Notes: generated from the letters alone by a model not told the origin. A DNA stretch of 64,000 nucleotides from Candidatus Levyibacteriota bacterium (GCA_027334565.1 DAHWUP010000001.1:16674-80673), one strand, 5' to 3'. Shown: positions 18,415 through 28,536, numbered from the stretch's first letter. Numbers and translations are program-made.

Positions 18415-20758
18415 AGACCACCAAGATTAAAAATCCGCTGAAACTCGCGGCAAGTCCCTGATAAAAACTTATCGGATCGTAATAGAATTCGACGGTGTGG
18501 TCGCCTTTGGGAACAGGAACCGCTCTAAAAGAGTAATCGGCAATAAGAATCGGCGTATTCCCTCCGTCAACTTTTGCTTTCCATTCCGGGTAATAGTTAT
18601 CCGACAAAAACAATAATGCGTTACCGGTTGTCTTGGTTGAGATAATGACATTTTTCGGTCCATACGATATAAGCTTCGCCGTTCCGGTTGCGTTGTTATC
18701 GATGCTAATCGACGGATTCTTCTCCAAAATCAAGGTTTTATTCAATTGAATATTTTCGTTATAAATTAATGAAAGCGACTGGCGCTTGTCTTTTGCAATT
18801 TGATAACCGCCTGTCACAAAAAATCTGGGGAGGGCATTCTTGTTTTCATATATCTGCCAAGGATAAGTTACATAGACCAAAGAGTAATCGCTGCTTGGAA
18901 AAGTATCCGTATCGGGAGAATTTATAGAGGTGGCCGAATCCTGTTCGTTTAGAATGAATTTTACGCCCAATAAATCCAGTATTCTTTTTCTGTAAATATT
19001 CGTTTTTAAATCGGATGTTCCGTATCCCGGCGCAATGTTTGCATCCGGCCTTGGGACCGCAATCGGATATTTGCCGTTTGCAGATGATGCCAAAAGCTCA
19101 CCGTAACTTGCAATATGTAAAGGGTCATTCCCTTCGGGAGAAAAAGTACCATAAACCGTTTGGAAATTTGCGGGGATATACGCACTGCCATAACCCCATA
19201 TCCTGTTTATTCCTGCGATTCTACCAAGGGCCTGCATTATGGTAGTTTTCGGATAGATCAACTCGCTACCGGAAAAGGGCGTGATTTTTACAAATGAGTA
19301 AAACAGGTCAAAAATTAAAATTAGGGTTATCAACGTCATAAACATTCTCTTATCGTATTTTGAAAGCAGTATCGCCAAAATTATCCCGACCAAAAGTCCA
19401 GATGGAATAAACAGGTTATGCAGGGTGATTTTTAAGTCGGGGGGAAACGCCGGATAAAATTTTGTCAGCGATAAAACGATAATCCAAGTACCGATAAAAA
19501 TCAGCGAATAAGAAAGCAAGAACAACTTACCGATTTTGTAATTTTTTTGAAAATGCGAAATCCCTATTGCTCCCAAAACTATGGTCGAAAAAATAAACAG
19601 GCTGAATTCCCGAGTCGGGATGGTGGTCGATATCACCGGTACGGGAATCAGATAAAAATATTTTATAAACGGCAAATCGGTTGCGATTAAAAGAGTTATT
19701 GTCGAAACCGCAAGAAAGAATCTTTTCTCCAAAACGCTTACCTTATTGAAAGCAGCGAATAGTGCAAAAAAGATCATCACCGAACCCGGGTATAGCACCC
19801 TTTCGATATAGGTTCCGTTAAGCCAATAGTTTCTCGTGGCCGGGTTGCCGAAAAAATCGGGGAAAAATCCCGTTATCCAGTAATATACCGGGGCAAGGTT
19901 TTCCCGGATTTGCGAAAGCGAATAGGAACCTCTGGTCGAATCGGCAAACAGCTTAAGAGTCGGCAGTATTTGAAACGACGAAAGAAGGACAGGCACACCC
20001 AACGACAGCAAAAACAACAGATGCTTCTTGAAGTTTTTGATTTGCTTATCCCCGACCGTCAGATAGCAATAATAAAAAAACACTATCACATACGTATAAA
20101 AAATACCCTGGATATACCCGGCAATAATCGCCAAAAACAGGCTTGTAACAATTCCTAAGGAGTTTACGAATGTCGATTTTTTAAAAAAGTATTTTGTAAA
20201 AAGTAGGGTTAAGGGAAGCCAGAGGATAGTGTTACCGATGTTACCGTATTCGATCCAGACCGTCATGTAGGAGGAAAACCCGAAGGCAATTCCTCCCAAA
20301 ACAGAAGGAAAATCCTTTAAGCCGATCCCCTTTTTGAGAAAAAGGTACATGAAAACTGCGGCTAGAAACGGCTGAAGCATGATCAAAACGGTCCAGGAAA
20401 AATTAAAAGGCAGGATGAAATATAAAAAGTTCAAAGGGTAAAAAATCGCCGTCTGAAAGTCCGCAGCCTGGGGATTGCCGGAAAAATTATAAGGATTCCA
20501 AAAAGGAATTTGCCCCTGTTTTAACTGACTGACGGAAAAATATCTCCAGGGGTAAATTTCATAGATCACATCCGGTCCCTGGGCTTTGTTCGGATATCCG
20601 CCAGGCGCATATCCTAAGTAACTTTGGGACTTAAAAGGCGTCTGGCTAACCAGTAAATCTCCGGGGAAAGGAACTTGCCCTTTAAACACGGGGTAAAAGA
20701 AAATTATGACAACAGCAAAAAAAAGAAGTATCGGCCAGAAACTCTTAAGCCTTTTCAT
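18377..20758 (-). CDS. YfhO-family GT-C membrane protein
   Basis: 793 aa. IYPWRYFSVSQLKQGQIPFWNPYNFSGNP... and C-terminal YYPEWKAKVDGGNTPILIADYSFRAVPVPKGDHTVEFYYDP. Confidence 0.8.
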   Translation of the reverse strand: MKRLKSFWPILLFFAVVIIFFYPVFKGQVPFPGDLLVSQTPFKSQSYLGYAPGGYPNKAQGPDVIYEIYPWRYFSVSQLKQGQIPFWNPYNFSGNPQAADFQTAIFYPLNFLYFILPFNFSWTVLIMLQPFLAAVFMYLFLKKGIGLKDFPSVLGGIAFGFSSYMTVWIEYGNIGNTILWLPLTLLFTKYFFKKSTFVNSLGIVTSLFLAIIAGYIQGIFYTYVIVFFYYCYLTVGDKQIKNFKKHLLFLLSLGVPVLLSSFQILPTLKLFADSTRGSYSLSQIRENLAPVYYWITGFFPDFFGNPATRNYWLNGTYIERVLYPGSVMIFFALFAAFNKVSVLEKRFFLAVSTITLLIATDLPFIKYFYLIPVPVISTTIPTREFSLFIFSTIVLGAIGISHFQKNYKIGKLFLLSYSLIFIGTWIIVLSLTKFYPAFPPDLKITLHNLFIPSGLLVGIILAILLSKYDKRMFMTLITLILIFDLFYSFVKITPFSGSELIYPKTTIMQALGRIAGINRIWGYGSAYIPANFQTVYGTFSPEGNDPLHIASYGELLASSANGKYPIAVPRPDANIAPGYGTSDLKTNIYRKRILDLLGVKFILNEQDSATSINSPDTDTFPSSDYSLVYVTYPWQIYENKNALPRFFVTGGYQIAKDKRQSLSLIYNENIQLNKTLILEKNPSISIDNNATGTAKLISYGPKNVIISTKTTGNALLFLSDNYYPEWKAKVDGGNTPILIADYSFRAVPVPKGDHTVEFYYDPISFYQGLAASFSGFLILVVYGIISWHVKKNK

Positions 20759-22278
20759 TTAGTTACCTGATAAACTCTGTAATAGTCATTGGTGTTTCCC
20801 TGTTTTACTTCAAAAATTAATTTAAGTGTCGGATAACCGGCAGGTAAAATTCTATGTTGGGGCTGGTAAAAAATAAAGTAAGTCGGCATGATTTTTGCCA
20901 TAGCCGATACTTCTTTGGGGAAAACGTCGACCGGCCAATAACCTTTTATAGTAATGTTTTTGTTCTGAACAAGGTAAAGCTCCATCGACTCGGGCATGAG
21001 GCCGAAAGTGCCTTCGGTTGCAATGAATATTTTATGATTTTGCGCCTGTTGCCTGAAAAACGCCACACTTTCTTTTACCCCCCATCCTGCCGCCCAACCG
21101 TCGATATACTGACTTTTATCCCTGTCGGCAATATGTGAATGGGTGGGATCGTTGGCGTACTGCAGCGAGATAAAACCGGGATATGCTACAAAAATTAGCG
21201 TAAGAACAATAAGGTATGCCAACTTCGGAAGGCCGAGTTTCAATCTTTTTTCGACAAAAGATATCAGGTATTCAAGTCCCCAGGCCGCAAGCGGAAGAAG
21301 CATCAAGCTCATTAAAAAAATAAAACGCGGATAAATGAGCCTTCCAAAAAGCGCCAAAGCCAGAAAGGGCAAAAGGAAAAAGATGATTAAAAGAAGTTTT
21401 TCTCTGAAAAATCTACCGATAAAAAATACTGCTATCAAGATCAAAACGATGTAGGAAAATGTCAGATATTGCAAAAGCCAGCTCGTCAAACCGCTTAGGT
21501 TACTGAATAAATAGGTAAAAGGGTGCGTAATCCATTGCGATACGGGGTAAACAAAAGTGGCGTCTTTGGCATCTATCATCGAATAAAGCGGAGATAGTCT
21601 TAAAATAGAATAAAGTCCGTAGGCGATAGCCGAAGAAAACCCGGCCAAGACGATATATCTTAATAACTTATTCCACATCCCTTTTTGCTTAAAATCGAAA
21701 ATAACCAGCAAAAAAGGCAAAAGGTACAGGCTGAAAAAATTTGAACTCTTGGTCAAGACTCCTGCGCCGATTACAAACCCTAAAGTGTACGAAACGTCCA
21801 ACCTTAATTTCCTGACCAGAAGGATTGAAAAATATAACCCCCAGACATAAAAAGTTGCCACCATGCTGTCATAAATCGCCATCCTGTCCAAAACTTGGGC
21901 AAAAGGATAAAAAATATAAAGCAGGGATGCCAAAAATGCGGTTGTTTTATTCTTAAATAGCTCATAGGTTAAAACGAACAGCCCGAGCATCGTCACAAAA
22001 CCGGTCAGAACGGAAACCAGTCTTCCGGCTACCAGAGGATCGTTTATGAATTTGATAAAAATCATCGCCACCCAAACGAACATCGGCTGTTTTCCGTCGG
22101 TCAAAGAAATGAATCTCCATGAAGAATCGCGCAGCGCTATTTGTGCCCACCTTAAATAAATCGCCTCATCGGTAAAAATAGGCAGGCTGGTAAGAAAAAC
22201 TAGCCGGAGAAAAAAATAAAATAAGGATAGAATTACGAATCCGGTTATTTCCCGTTTATACTTTGAAAGGAGTTTCAT
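20755..22278 (-). CDS. GT39/ArnT-like GT-C glycosyltransferase
   Basis: PIFTDEAIYLRWAQIALRD...DGKQPMFVW first-loop motif (ArnT-like DE..Y). 507 aa polytopic. Confidence 0.7.
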   Translation of the reverse strand: MKLLSKYKREITGFVILSLFYFFLRLVFLTSLPIFTDEAIYLRWAQIALRDSSWRFISLTDGKQPMFVWVAMIFIKFINDPLVAGRLVSVLTGFVTMLGLFVLTYELFKNKTTAFLASLLYIFYPFAQVLDRMAIYDSMVATFYVWGLYFSILLVRKLRLDVSYTLGFVIGAGVLTKSSNFFSLYLLPFLLVIFDFKQKGMWNKLLRYIVLAGFSSAIAYGLYSILRLSPLYSMIDAKDATFVYPVSQWITHPFTYLFSNLSGLTSWLLQYLTFSYIVLILIAVFFIGRFFREKLLLIIFFLLPFLALALFGRLIYPRFIFLMSLMLLPLAAWGLEYLISFVEKRLKLGLPKLAYLIVLTLIFVAYPGFISLQYANDPTHSHIADRDKSQYIDGWAAGWGVKESVAFFRQQAQNHKIFIATEGTFGLMPESMELYLVQNKNITIKGYWPVDVFPKEVSAMAKIMPTYFIFYQPQHRILPAGYPTLKLIFEVKQGNTNDYYRVYQVTK

Positions 22279-22309
22279 ACACAGATTATAGTTGAACTAA
22301 AGAAGCTAA

Positions 22310-23491
22310 TCAACGCTTTTGCAGTAACCTTTTTGAATACAGTATTATTAGCGGTAAAACAAATGTAGCCGCCAAGCCGATCGATTCAAACCGGAATAGT
22401 ACCCCGGGATACCCTTTGGCGTAATCGGTCATATAAACATAAGGGATGTAGACAGCTGCGGCAAAAATCGATGCAAAAAACGAAGTCACAAAAATGTATG
22501 ACTTCTTGGAGGTGAATGCCGCCATCGACAGGGGAAATATCAGATACCATGGCTGAAATGTAGTTCTTAGAGTTGCAATCAAAACGGTTAAAAGCGAGAG
22601 GCAGACAGCGGCGGTGAAAAATTTCTCCCAGCTTATTTTTCCTCCCCTCCTTAAGAAAAACTCCAGGATAAAAAATAGGGGCAATAATATCCCTGTTGAA
22701 AATTTGATGCCGATGGAAAAAATATTGCTAATCCATGATAACGCTGTTTTCTTTTGTAAAATAAGATAAATCGATAACAAAATGAAAAAAATCATCGGAA
22801 TGTCGTTATGCGCGGAAATTAACGATTCGATTAGAACCAGGGGGTTAAAAGCAAAAAATACGGTATTGAAAATTTTATGTTCAGGAAAGATCATTTCCGA
22901 AATTTTATAAATTAAATAACAACTGCCCAAAAAAGATAGTCCCATTAATAATTTAAAAAGGAAAAAGGTCGGAAGGAATATGCCGAGGCCTAAAAAAGAC
23001 AAAGGTACCGTTAAAATGAGCCAACTCGGTCCGTAGGGATAAGTTCTGTGCGTCCAACGCATGAAATTAAGCATCGGATCATTAAAAAAATTTCCGGCCG
23101 AATGGAGATACGGATTCTGCTGGTAATGAGTGATTATCCTGGCGTCGAAAATATAATTGAACAGATCGTAAGAAAAAGCGTTATAAGAAAACACCAAGGT
23201 CACAAAGCTTAAAACCGTAAGTATTTTTAGATTTCTAAGAGAAAGCTTACCATTTTTCGCAAGATTTAGAAAAACAAAATAAAAAATGAATAAGAATGTT
23301 AACAAGACCAAAAGGATCAGGGTTGATAACGGCCGTTGGAAAAATCCGATGTATTGCAACGCTTTTTCGGCGGTTTGGTAGACCGATATTTTCGAAAGCG
23401 TAAGATTTAAGTCTACCTGGGTGAACGAATAAACAAAAAAAGTTATCAGCAATAAAACGTAAGAGGAAAAAAGCAGTTTCAACTTACTCAT
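22310..23491 (-). CDS. polytopic membrane protein, possibly DUF2029/GT87-like GT-C mannosyltransferase
   Basis: 393 aa, about 10 TM. Loop motif HYQQNPYLHSAGNFFNDPMLNFMRWTHRTYPYGPSW (NPY...YPYGP) is reminiscent of DUF2029. Family assignment from memory only. Confidence 0.45.
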   Translation of the reverse strand: MSKLKLLFSSYVLLLITFFVYSFTQVDLNLTLSKISVYQTAEKALQYIGFFQRPLSTLILLVLLTFLFIFYFVFLNLAKNGKLSLRNLKILTVLSFVTLVFSYNAFSYDLFNYIFDARIITHYQQNPYLHSAGNFFNDPMLNFMRWTHRTYPYGPSWLILTVPLSFLGLGIFLPTFFLFKLLMGLSFLGSCYLIYKISEMIFPEHKIFNTVFFAFNPLVLIESLISAHNDIPMIFFILLSIYLILQKKTALSWISNIFSIGIKFSTGILLPLFFILEFFLRRGGKISWEKFFTAAVCLSLLTVLIATLRTTFQPWYLIFPLSMAAFTSKKSYIFVTSFFASIFAAAVYIPYVYMTDYAKGYPGVLFRFESIGLAATFVLPLIILYSKRLLQKR

Positions 23492-24261
23492 AGATTTTTA
23501 TATTTCCCTGTCAAATCGTTTATCCTGATACTAAATAAATCCTCCAAGCCTTCGAGCGAATCTTTTATCGGACTTACCCTTCTTGACTCTACGTATAGCC
23601 ATTCTACCGGGACCTCCTTGATCTTATAGCCGCTTTTTTGCGCCAACAACAGCAATTCGACGTCAAACCCTGCCTTTACCGAGGAGCCGGAAATGGTTTT
23701 ATACCCGTGATGTAATTTGGATAACCTCGAAAATAAATCGTCCGAGACGTCTTTCTTAAAAAGCTTGAAACCGCATTGGGTATCGGTGATCCCCGGCAAA
23801 CCGACAACGAGCTTTCTTAGAATTATCATCCCTTTTCCCATTAATGCTCTGGTCCAAGGCGCCCCCTCGCGATGGGAGTTTCGGCTGCCGATCACGATAT
23901 CAAAATCTTTAAGGTACGGTAACAGCCTATCTATCTCCTCGATCGGTGTAGCCTGGTCCATATCTGCAAAAAGAACATTTTGTCCTTTGGCCTTAAGCAT
24001 TCCAGCCGATATCGCTCCGGCTTTACCAGTATGGGAATTTTTAAAAAGTCTGAAATCGGGATTCTCTTTTGCGAATCTCTCAACGAATTCGATGCTCCCG
24101 TCGGTTGAGCCGTCGTCGACAACAATCACTTCATAAGCGAATTTCCGCTTATTGAGAAAATGTTGGACCTTATCCAAAACTCCCTTGTGGAGGTTGGCGA
24201 TTTCATTGTAAGACGGGATTACAATTGAAAGGTATGGCGGTTTCACAAATTGATTATACAA
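23488..24261 (-). CDS. polyprenol-phosphate glycosyltransferase (GT2, DPM1/GtrB-like)
   Basis: LSIVIPSYNEIANLHKGV...EVIVVDDGSTDGSIEF...NSHTGKAGAISAGMLKAKGQNVLFADMDQATP. First gene of the long minus-strand operon. Confidence 0.8.
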   Translation of the reverse strand: MYNQFVKPPYLSIVIPSYNEIANLHKGVLDKVQHFLNKRKFAYEVIVVDDGSTDGSIEFVERFAKENPDFRLFKNSHTGKAGAISAGMLKAKGQNVLFADMDQATPIEEIDRLLPYLKDFDIVIGSRNSHREGAPWTRALMGKGMIILRKLVVGLPGITDTQCGFKLFKKDVSDDLFSRLSKLHHGYKTISGSSVKAGFDVELLLLAQKSGYKIKEVPVEWLYVESRRVSPIKDSLEGLEDLFSIRINDLTGKYKNL

Positions 24262-24725
24262 GAAATAAAACGTTCAAACAATTCAACGTTGACTTAAAAA
24301 AAAACGATATGGTATTATCTTTTTCTATTGCTATGGGGTTAAAAGAATCACTTGCTCCAAATACACCGGAAAAAACAATGATTACCGCTTTTATGGGTGA
24401 GATGTTGGTCGACACAATTATGACAAACGTTGATTTAACAGATTTCCACGGACAGGAAGTGAACATCCTCGGCGGCATGGAAATGGTTAATCATTTGGGT
24501 CTTGAAGATACTTCGATCATAAAATTGTTCATAGCTTCGGTAGTTGTCACCACTTATGCGGCTGCCGCCATGCACCCCAAGGATATAAAACTCTATAAAT
24601 CGAATATCAGGTTATATGAAGCAACCCAAAAGGCAATGGATGGTGCTTTAATTTTTATGGGTGCGGCGTTATCAGTAGATGCCAACTCTCTTGCAATGCA
24701 GATTATTTCGCACCTAAGATTTTAA
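24225..24725 (+). CDS. hypothetical protein (possibly membrane-associated)
   Basis: 166-aa ORF filling the gap between the two minus-strand operons. No recognisable motifs, so real coding status is uncertain. Confidence 0.3.
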   Translation: MKGMAVSQIDYTRNKTFKQFNVDLKKNDMVLSFSIAMGLKESLAPNTPEKTMITAFMGEMLVDTIMTNVDLTDFHGQEVNILGGMEMVNHLGLEDTSIIKLFIASVVVTTYAAAAMHPKDIKLYKSNIRLYEATQKAMDGALIFMGAALSVDANSLAMQIISHLRF

Positions 24726-24726
24726 G

Positions 24727-26253
24727 CTACATCATCCCTTCCGAAGGTATTTCTTTAGCACCAATAGCTTTGGATGTTGGACGCAGAAAAAGTGCGGAAA
24801 AGGCACCAATTAACATAATGACGGATGAAGCTAAGAAAACCGTACTAAAAGATACCAGATTGGCCTTCATCCCCATGAGAAATGCTACTTTCTGAAGAAC
24901 AGTCGGGTCAAAGGTATTGATCACCGTGTATTTTTGGACGGCAAAAATCGCCGAATTCGCACTGTCGGTAAGTATGGTTGCAAAGATGGCGATTCCGAAC
25001 GCTCCGGCAATGTTTCTAAACAACGCTAAAACCGAAGAAGCTACTCCTATCTCTTGCATCGGCACCTGCGAAATTGCGGCATTTGTAAGCGGAGCAAAAG
25101 TGAGCCCAAGTCCTATCGCCAAAGCAAAAAGCATAACCGCAAAGTGCGTGAACGACCAGGTAAAGTCGATGCCGGAAAATAGGAACAATACCAATGAAGC
25201 CCAGGCCAATCCCGTGGCCACCACATACCTTGGCTGGAACTTAATCGAAAGCCTTGCGCCGATTTGTGCCGCAGGAAGCATTCCCAATGCCATAGGAATA
25301 AAAAGGTAACCGGTCTGTGTTACCGAATACTGCAAATAATCCTGAACGAATATGGGAAGCAAAAATAAACCGCCGATAAGTCCCATAAAAGTGATGAAAG
25401 AAGCGATCATGGAAATTGTGAATTCGGGAATTTTAAAAAACTTAAGGTCGACCACCGGCTCAACCTGTCTTTGTTCGGTAAATATAAAAAGAACGAAGGA
25501 GATAACGGAAACCGCAAAAGTTCCGACGGTCTTAAGGCTTGTCCACCCCCAACTCTGGCCCTGATCCAAACCCAATACCAAAGACCCAAGCGCGATTCCC
25601 AAAATTATCGAACCCCAGACGTCGAAGTTTTTTAGACCCTTTATTTTTTGAACCGGTTCCTGAATATACTTCCAGGCCATGAAAGTAGCTATAATCCCGA
25701 AAGGTACGTTAATATAAAATACCGACCTCCAGGAAAAAACATCAATCAAAGGCCCTCCTACAAGTGGTCCGAAAACCGCCGCCACCCCGAAAACCGCCGA
25801 CCAAAGACCCATTGCCTGGGCCCTTCTGGCATTATCCCTGAATGTAAAAGCGATGATGGAAAGCGCCAACGGATAATCAATGGAAACCGTAATCGCCTGC
25901 AGGATTCTGAAAAAAATCATCTGGGAAAGATTGTTTGAAAGCCCGGCGAAAACGGATGTAATGACAAATCCGATTATTCCAAAAAGATACAAAGGTTTTC
26001 TTCCCATCAGATCTCCGAGCTTGCCGAAAACCGGTACGAAAATCGCGTTAGCTATAATATAAGCGGTTGAAATCCAGCTGGCTTGTGAAACGGTAATCCC
26101 GAAATCCGAAATCATTTTTGGCAGTGCCAGATTAACCACGGTTCCGTCCAATCGGCCCAAAAAACTTGCCATCATGACGGTAATCAGGATAATCCATTCG
26201 TGCGGATGAAAACCGCCTCGGGGCGGTTTCTTGGTGTCATGTTTTTTTTCCAT
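24727..26253 (-). CDS. MFS transporter, DHA2 (14-TMS, EmrB/QacA-like) drug efflux
   Basis: 508 aa, 14 predicted TM. Motif GKLGDLMGRKPLYLFGIIGFVITS (MFS motif A region). Confidence 0.8.
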   Translation of the reverse strand: MEKKHDTKKPPRGGFHPHEWIILITVMMASFLGRLDGTVVNLALPKMISDFGITVSQASWISTAYIIANAIFVPVFGKLGDLMGRKPLYLFGIIGFVITSVFAGLSNNLSQMIFFRILQAITVSIDYPLALSIIAFTFRDNARRAQAMGLWSAVFGVAAVFGPLVGGPLIDVFSWRSVFYINVPFGIIATFMAWKYIQEPVQKIKGLKNFDVWGSIILGIALGSLVLGLDQGQSWGWTSLKTVGTFAVSVISFVLFIFTEQRQVEPVVDLKFFKIPEFTISMIASFITFMGLIGGLFLLPIFVQDYLQYSVTQTGYLFIPMALGMLPAAQIGARLSIKFQPRYVVATGLAWASLVLFLFSGIDFTWSFTHFAVMLFALAIGLGLTFAPLTNAAISQVPMQEIGVASSVLALFRNIAGAFGIAIFATILTDSANSAIFAVQKYTVINTFDPTVLQKVAFLMGMKANLVSFSTVFLASSVIMLIGAFSALFLRPTSKAIGAKEIPSEGMM

Positions 26254-26258
26254 ATTAT

Positions 26259-26897
26259 TTAAGGAGTTTTGGTGTAGACCGTCATTTTGGCGGACATGCC
26301 GTTAAGAATCTGCGGATATTTGTAGGCGTCAAAATTTGCATATACCACAAACTGTTGGGTCGGTCTTTCGCTTGATACGGTAAACTGTAAGGCGGTAGTT
26401 TTTGCCGTAGGACTTATTTCATCGACATATCCCCAGAAGATTTGTCCAGGCAAAGCATCGACGGTAAAAGATACCGCCTGACCGACTTTAATCTCATTTA
26501 ATCCCTTATTCTCGTCAATGGTCCCGGCAACCTGCATATTAGTTAAATTGATCATTTCAACCACCGGAGTTTGTGCGGTAGCGATGCTTCCGATCTCGTT
26601 ATCCGTTGAAACGATTATGCCGTCCTGGTAAGCATTTAAGGTGCTGGTGCCGACAGTTGCCAGCGCCTGTCCCTTGGTCACCATTTCGCCGTCGTGGACG
26701 TTAATCGCCATAATCTTTCCGGCGGTGGTTGGTGAAATGGATGTTATCGGTGCCTGAATCAGCGAGTCTTCGATACTAACTCTGTTGGAAAGCAGCTGGT
26801 AACCGATGAAACCTCCAATGATCAGAATGGCCAATAGTCCGAACAAAAGGATTCTGAGTATCTTAGGTTGTCTTATCTTAGCGATAAAATTTTTCAT
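26259..26897 (-). CDS. short HlyD-family membrane fusion protein lacking the alpha-hairpin
   Basis: N-terminal TM, then lipoyl half 1 (APITSISPTTAGKIMAINVHDGEMVTKGQALATV) followed directly by lipoyl half 2 and a beta-barrel. No coiled coil. Confidence 0.6.
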   Translation of the reverse strand: MKNFIAKIRQPKILRILLFGLLAILIIGGFIGYQLLSNRVSIEDSLIQAPITSISPTTAGKIMAINVHDGEMVTKGQALATVGTSTLNAYQDGIIVSTDNEIGSIATAQTPVVEMINLTNMQVAGTIDENKGLNEIKVGQAVSFTVDALPGQIFWGYVDEISPTAKTTALQFTVSSERPTQQFVVYANFDAYKYPQILNGMSAKMTVYTKTP

Positions 26898-28009
26898 AGT
26901 ATCGAATAAAGCTTTGTTAAAATTGACTGAGAATTGGTAATTACTTTATCGTTGTCCGAAAGTCCTCCCATGATCTCCGTTTCTCCGTCAAACGTAGTAC
27001 CTACCCGAACGTTTTTTAAAACCGGTTTTCCGTCGGATAAAACCCAGACCTTAGAATCGGAAAGAACGGTCCAGGATGGAACCAAAATGACTTTTTGATT
27101 GAAATTGCTTTTAATAAGTACCGTACCTGTTTGTCCGAATTTCAGATCGGTAGGAAGTTTATTAATTTTAATATCCACCTCATAGACGCTTTCGCCGTTT
27201 GCGTCGGTTGTCTGCTGCGGATAAATCCTGTCGACTATTCCGGTTAAGATTTGCCCGTTTGCTCCGTTCAAAACCACGTTTGCGCTGTTGCCAACACTTA
27301 TAAAATTTATATCCTGTTGTCTGACATTGGCCCTAAAAACCATAGAATTCGGGTCGGCGACCACAAATGAGGTCAGGGGCGTGATGTTGACTCCGGGTGT
27401 TGTCACGTCCTCGTGCAAGATAATTCCGTTTATGGGAGAAGTTAAACCGGCAAGGCTTAGGGCATAACCGGCAAGATTGACATTTATCTGCGCAGTGTTT
27501 TGAGTTAAAAGCGCATCGTCGACGATCCTTTGCACATTATCGTAGACAACCGTGTTCTCGGTGATATTTGAATAATTATTAATCTTATTTGTCGTGTCCA
27601 AAGCGGTCCTTTGCTGACTTTCGTAGTATCCTGTGCCCAGTTGCTCCTGTGTTTGGCTTGTACTGTTCTTGGTAATTTCATAATTATTTGCGGCGATTTG
27701 TAATTGTTCCTGTAATGATGTGGTATCCAATGAAGCTATCGTTTCTCCCTGATAAACCTTGTCACCTTCTTTTAAAGGTAAGTAAGTTAGTTTTCCGCCG
27801 ATCTGAAAAGTAAGTGCCGCTTGGGTCTGCGCCGTCAACGACCCATCCGCTTGTATGACATCCCCTACTACCTTAAGATCTGCTGTTTGAGTTTTAGGCA
27901 AGGTTTGGGCATTTGCCAAAAAAGTAATTACAAAAATACCGACCACGGATACGACCACGGTCACCAGCAGGTTTTTAAGATTTCTTTTGTTAAATATTTT
28001 ATTCTTCAT
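26894..28009 (-). CDS. HlyD/EmrA-like membrane fusion protein (with coiled-coil hairpin)
   Basis: N-terminal TM, lipoyl half (VVGDVIQADGSLTAQTQAALTFQIGGKLTYLPLKEGDKVYQGETIASLD), long Q/L-rich helical region, second lipoyl half and a barrel. Confidence 0.65.
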   Translation of the reverse strand: MKNKIFNKRNLKNLLVTVVVSVVGIFVITFLANAQTLPKTQTADLKVVGDVIQADGSLTAQTQAALTFQIGGKLTYLPLKEGDKVYQGETIASLDTTSLQEQLQIAANNYEITKNSTSQTQEQLGTGYYESQQRTALDTTNKINNYSNITENTVVYDNVQRIVDDALLTQNTAQINVNLAGYALSLAGLTSPINGIILHEDVTTPGVNITPLTSFVVADPNSMVFRANVRQQDINFISVGNSANVVLNGANGQILTGIVDRIYPQQTTDANGESVYEVDIKINKLPTDLKFGQTGTVLIKSNFNQKVILVPSWTVLSDSKVWVLSDGKPVLKNVRVGTTFDGETEIMGGLSDNDKVITNSQSILTKLYSIL

Positions 28010-28436
28010 AGTTTTCGGCCTTTTGAGTTATTGTTTGCAAAATCCTCAAAAGGTCTCTCTTGTCATGCTCCGAAAGAAAAGACAATATTTTATTAATTTT
28101 GCTCTCTTTCTGTCTTGTAACGGCTTTTAACATTTGTTCTCCGTGGCCGGTAAGAGAAATCCTGACGATTCTTCTGTCTCTTCTATCATTTCGTCTTCGA
28201 ACCAGTTTTGCAAGAATCAGTTTATCAACCAGGGAAGTTGCTGTCGGCATTGTGGTTGAAAAATGCTTTGCAAGTTCATGCATGTGCGTATCCCTGCTTT
28301 TTTTGATACACCATAAAGCCTCGAGTTGATGCAACGTAACTTGTTGTTCTTTTTCAGCCAGGGGCATCGAATGTTTCATAACCCTCATCACTTTAGACAT
28401 TTCATCTATAATTTCCCGATTTAGTTCGCCATTCAT
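27999..28436 (-). CDS. MarR-family transcriptional regulator
   Basis: Winged-HTH core HQLEALWCIKKSRDTHMHELAKHFSTTMPTATSLVDKLILAKLVRRRNDRRDRRIVRISLTGHG. First gene of the efflux operon. Confidence 0.8.
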   Translation of the reverse strand: MNGELNREIIDEMSKVMRVMKHSMPLAEKEQQVTLHQLEALWCIKKSRDTHMHELAKHFSTTMPTATSLVDKLILAKLVRRRNDRRDRRIVRISLTGHGEQMLKAVTRQKESKINKILSFLSEHDKRDLLRILQTITQKAENYEE

Positions 28437-28536
28437 ATAATTTGAAGTACTAATTGTTAGATAGTATAACTAATTTTACAACGAATGTCAAGCCAAATAA
28501 ATTTTATATTGGATTCTTTGATATAATATAACCATT

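Noticed and set aside
28441-28536. MarR operator / tRNA promoter in the 100-nt gap (direct ACTAATT repeats, TTAG-N9-CTAA)
   Set aside because: Only short, imperfect symmetry (4-7 bp arms), below what I can distinguish from chance in AT-rich DNA.
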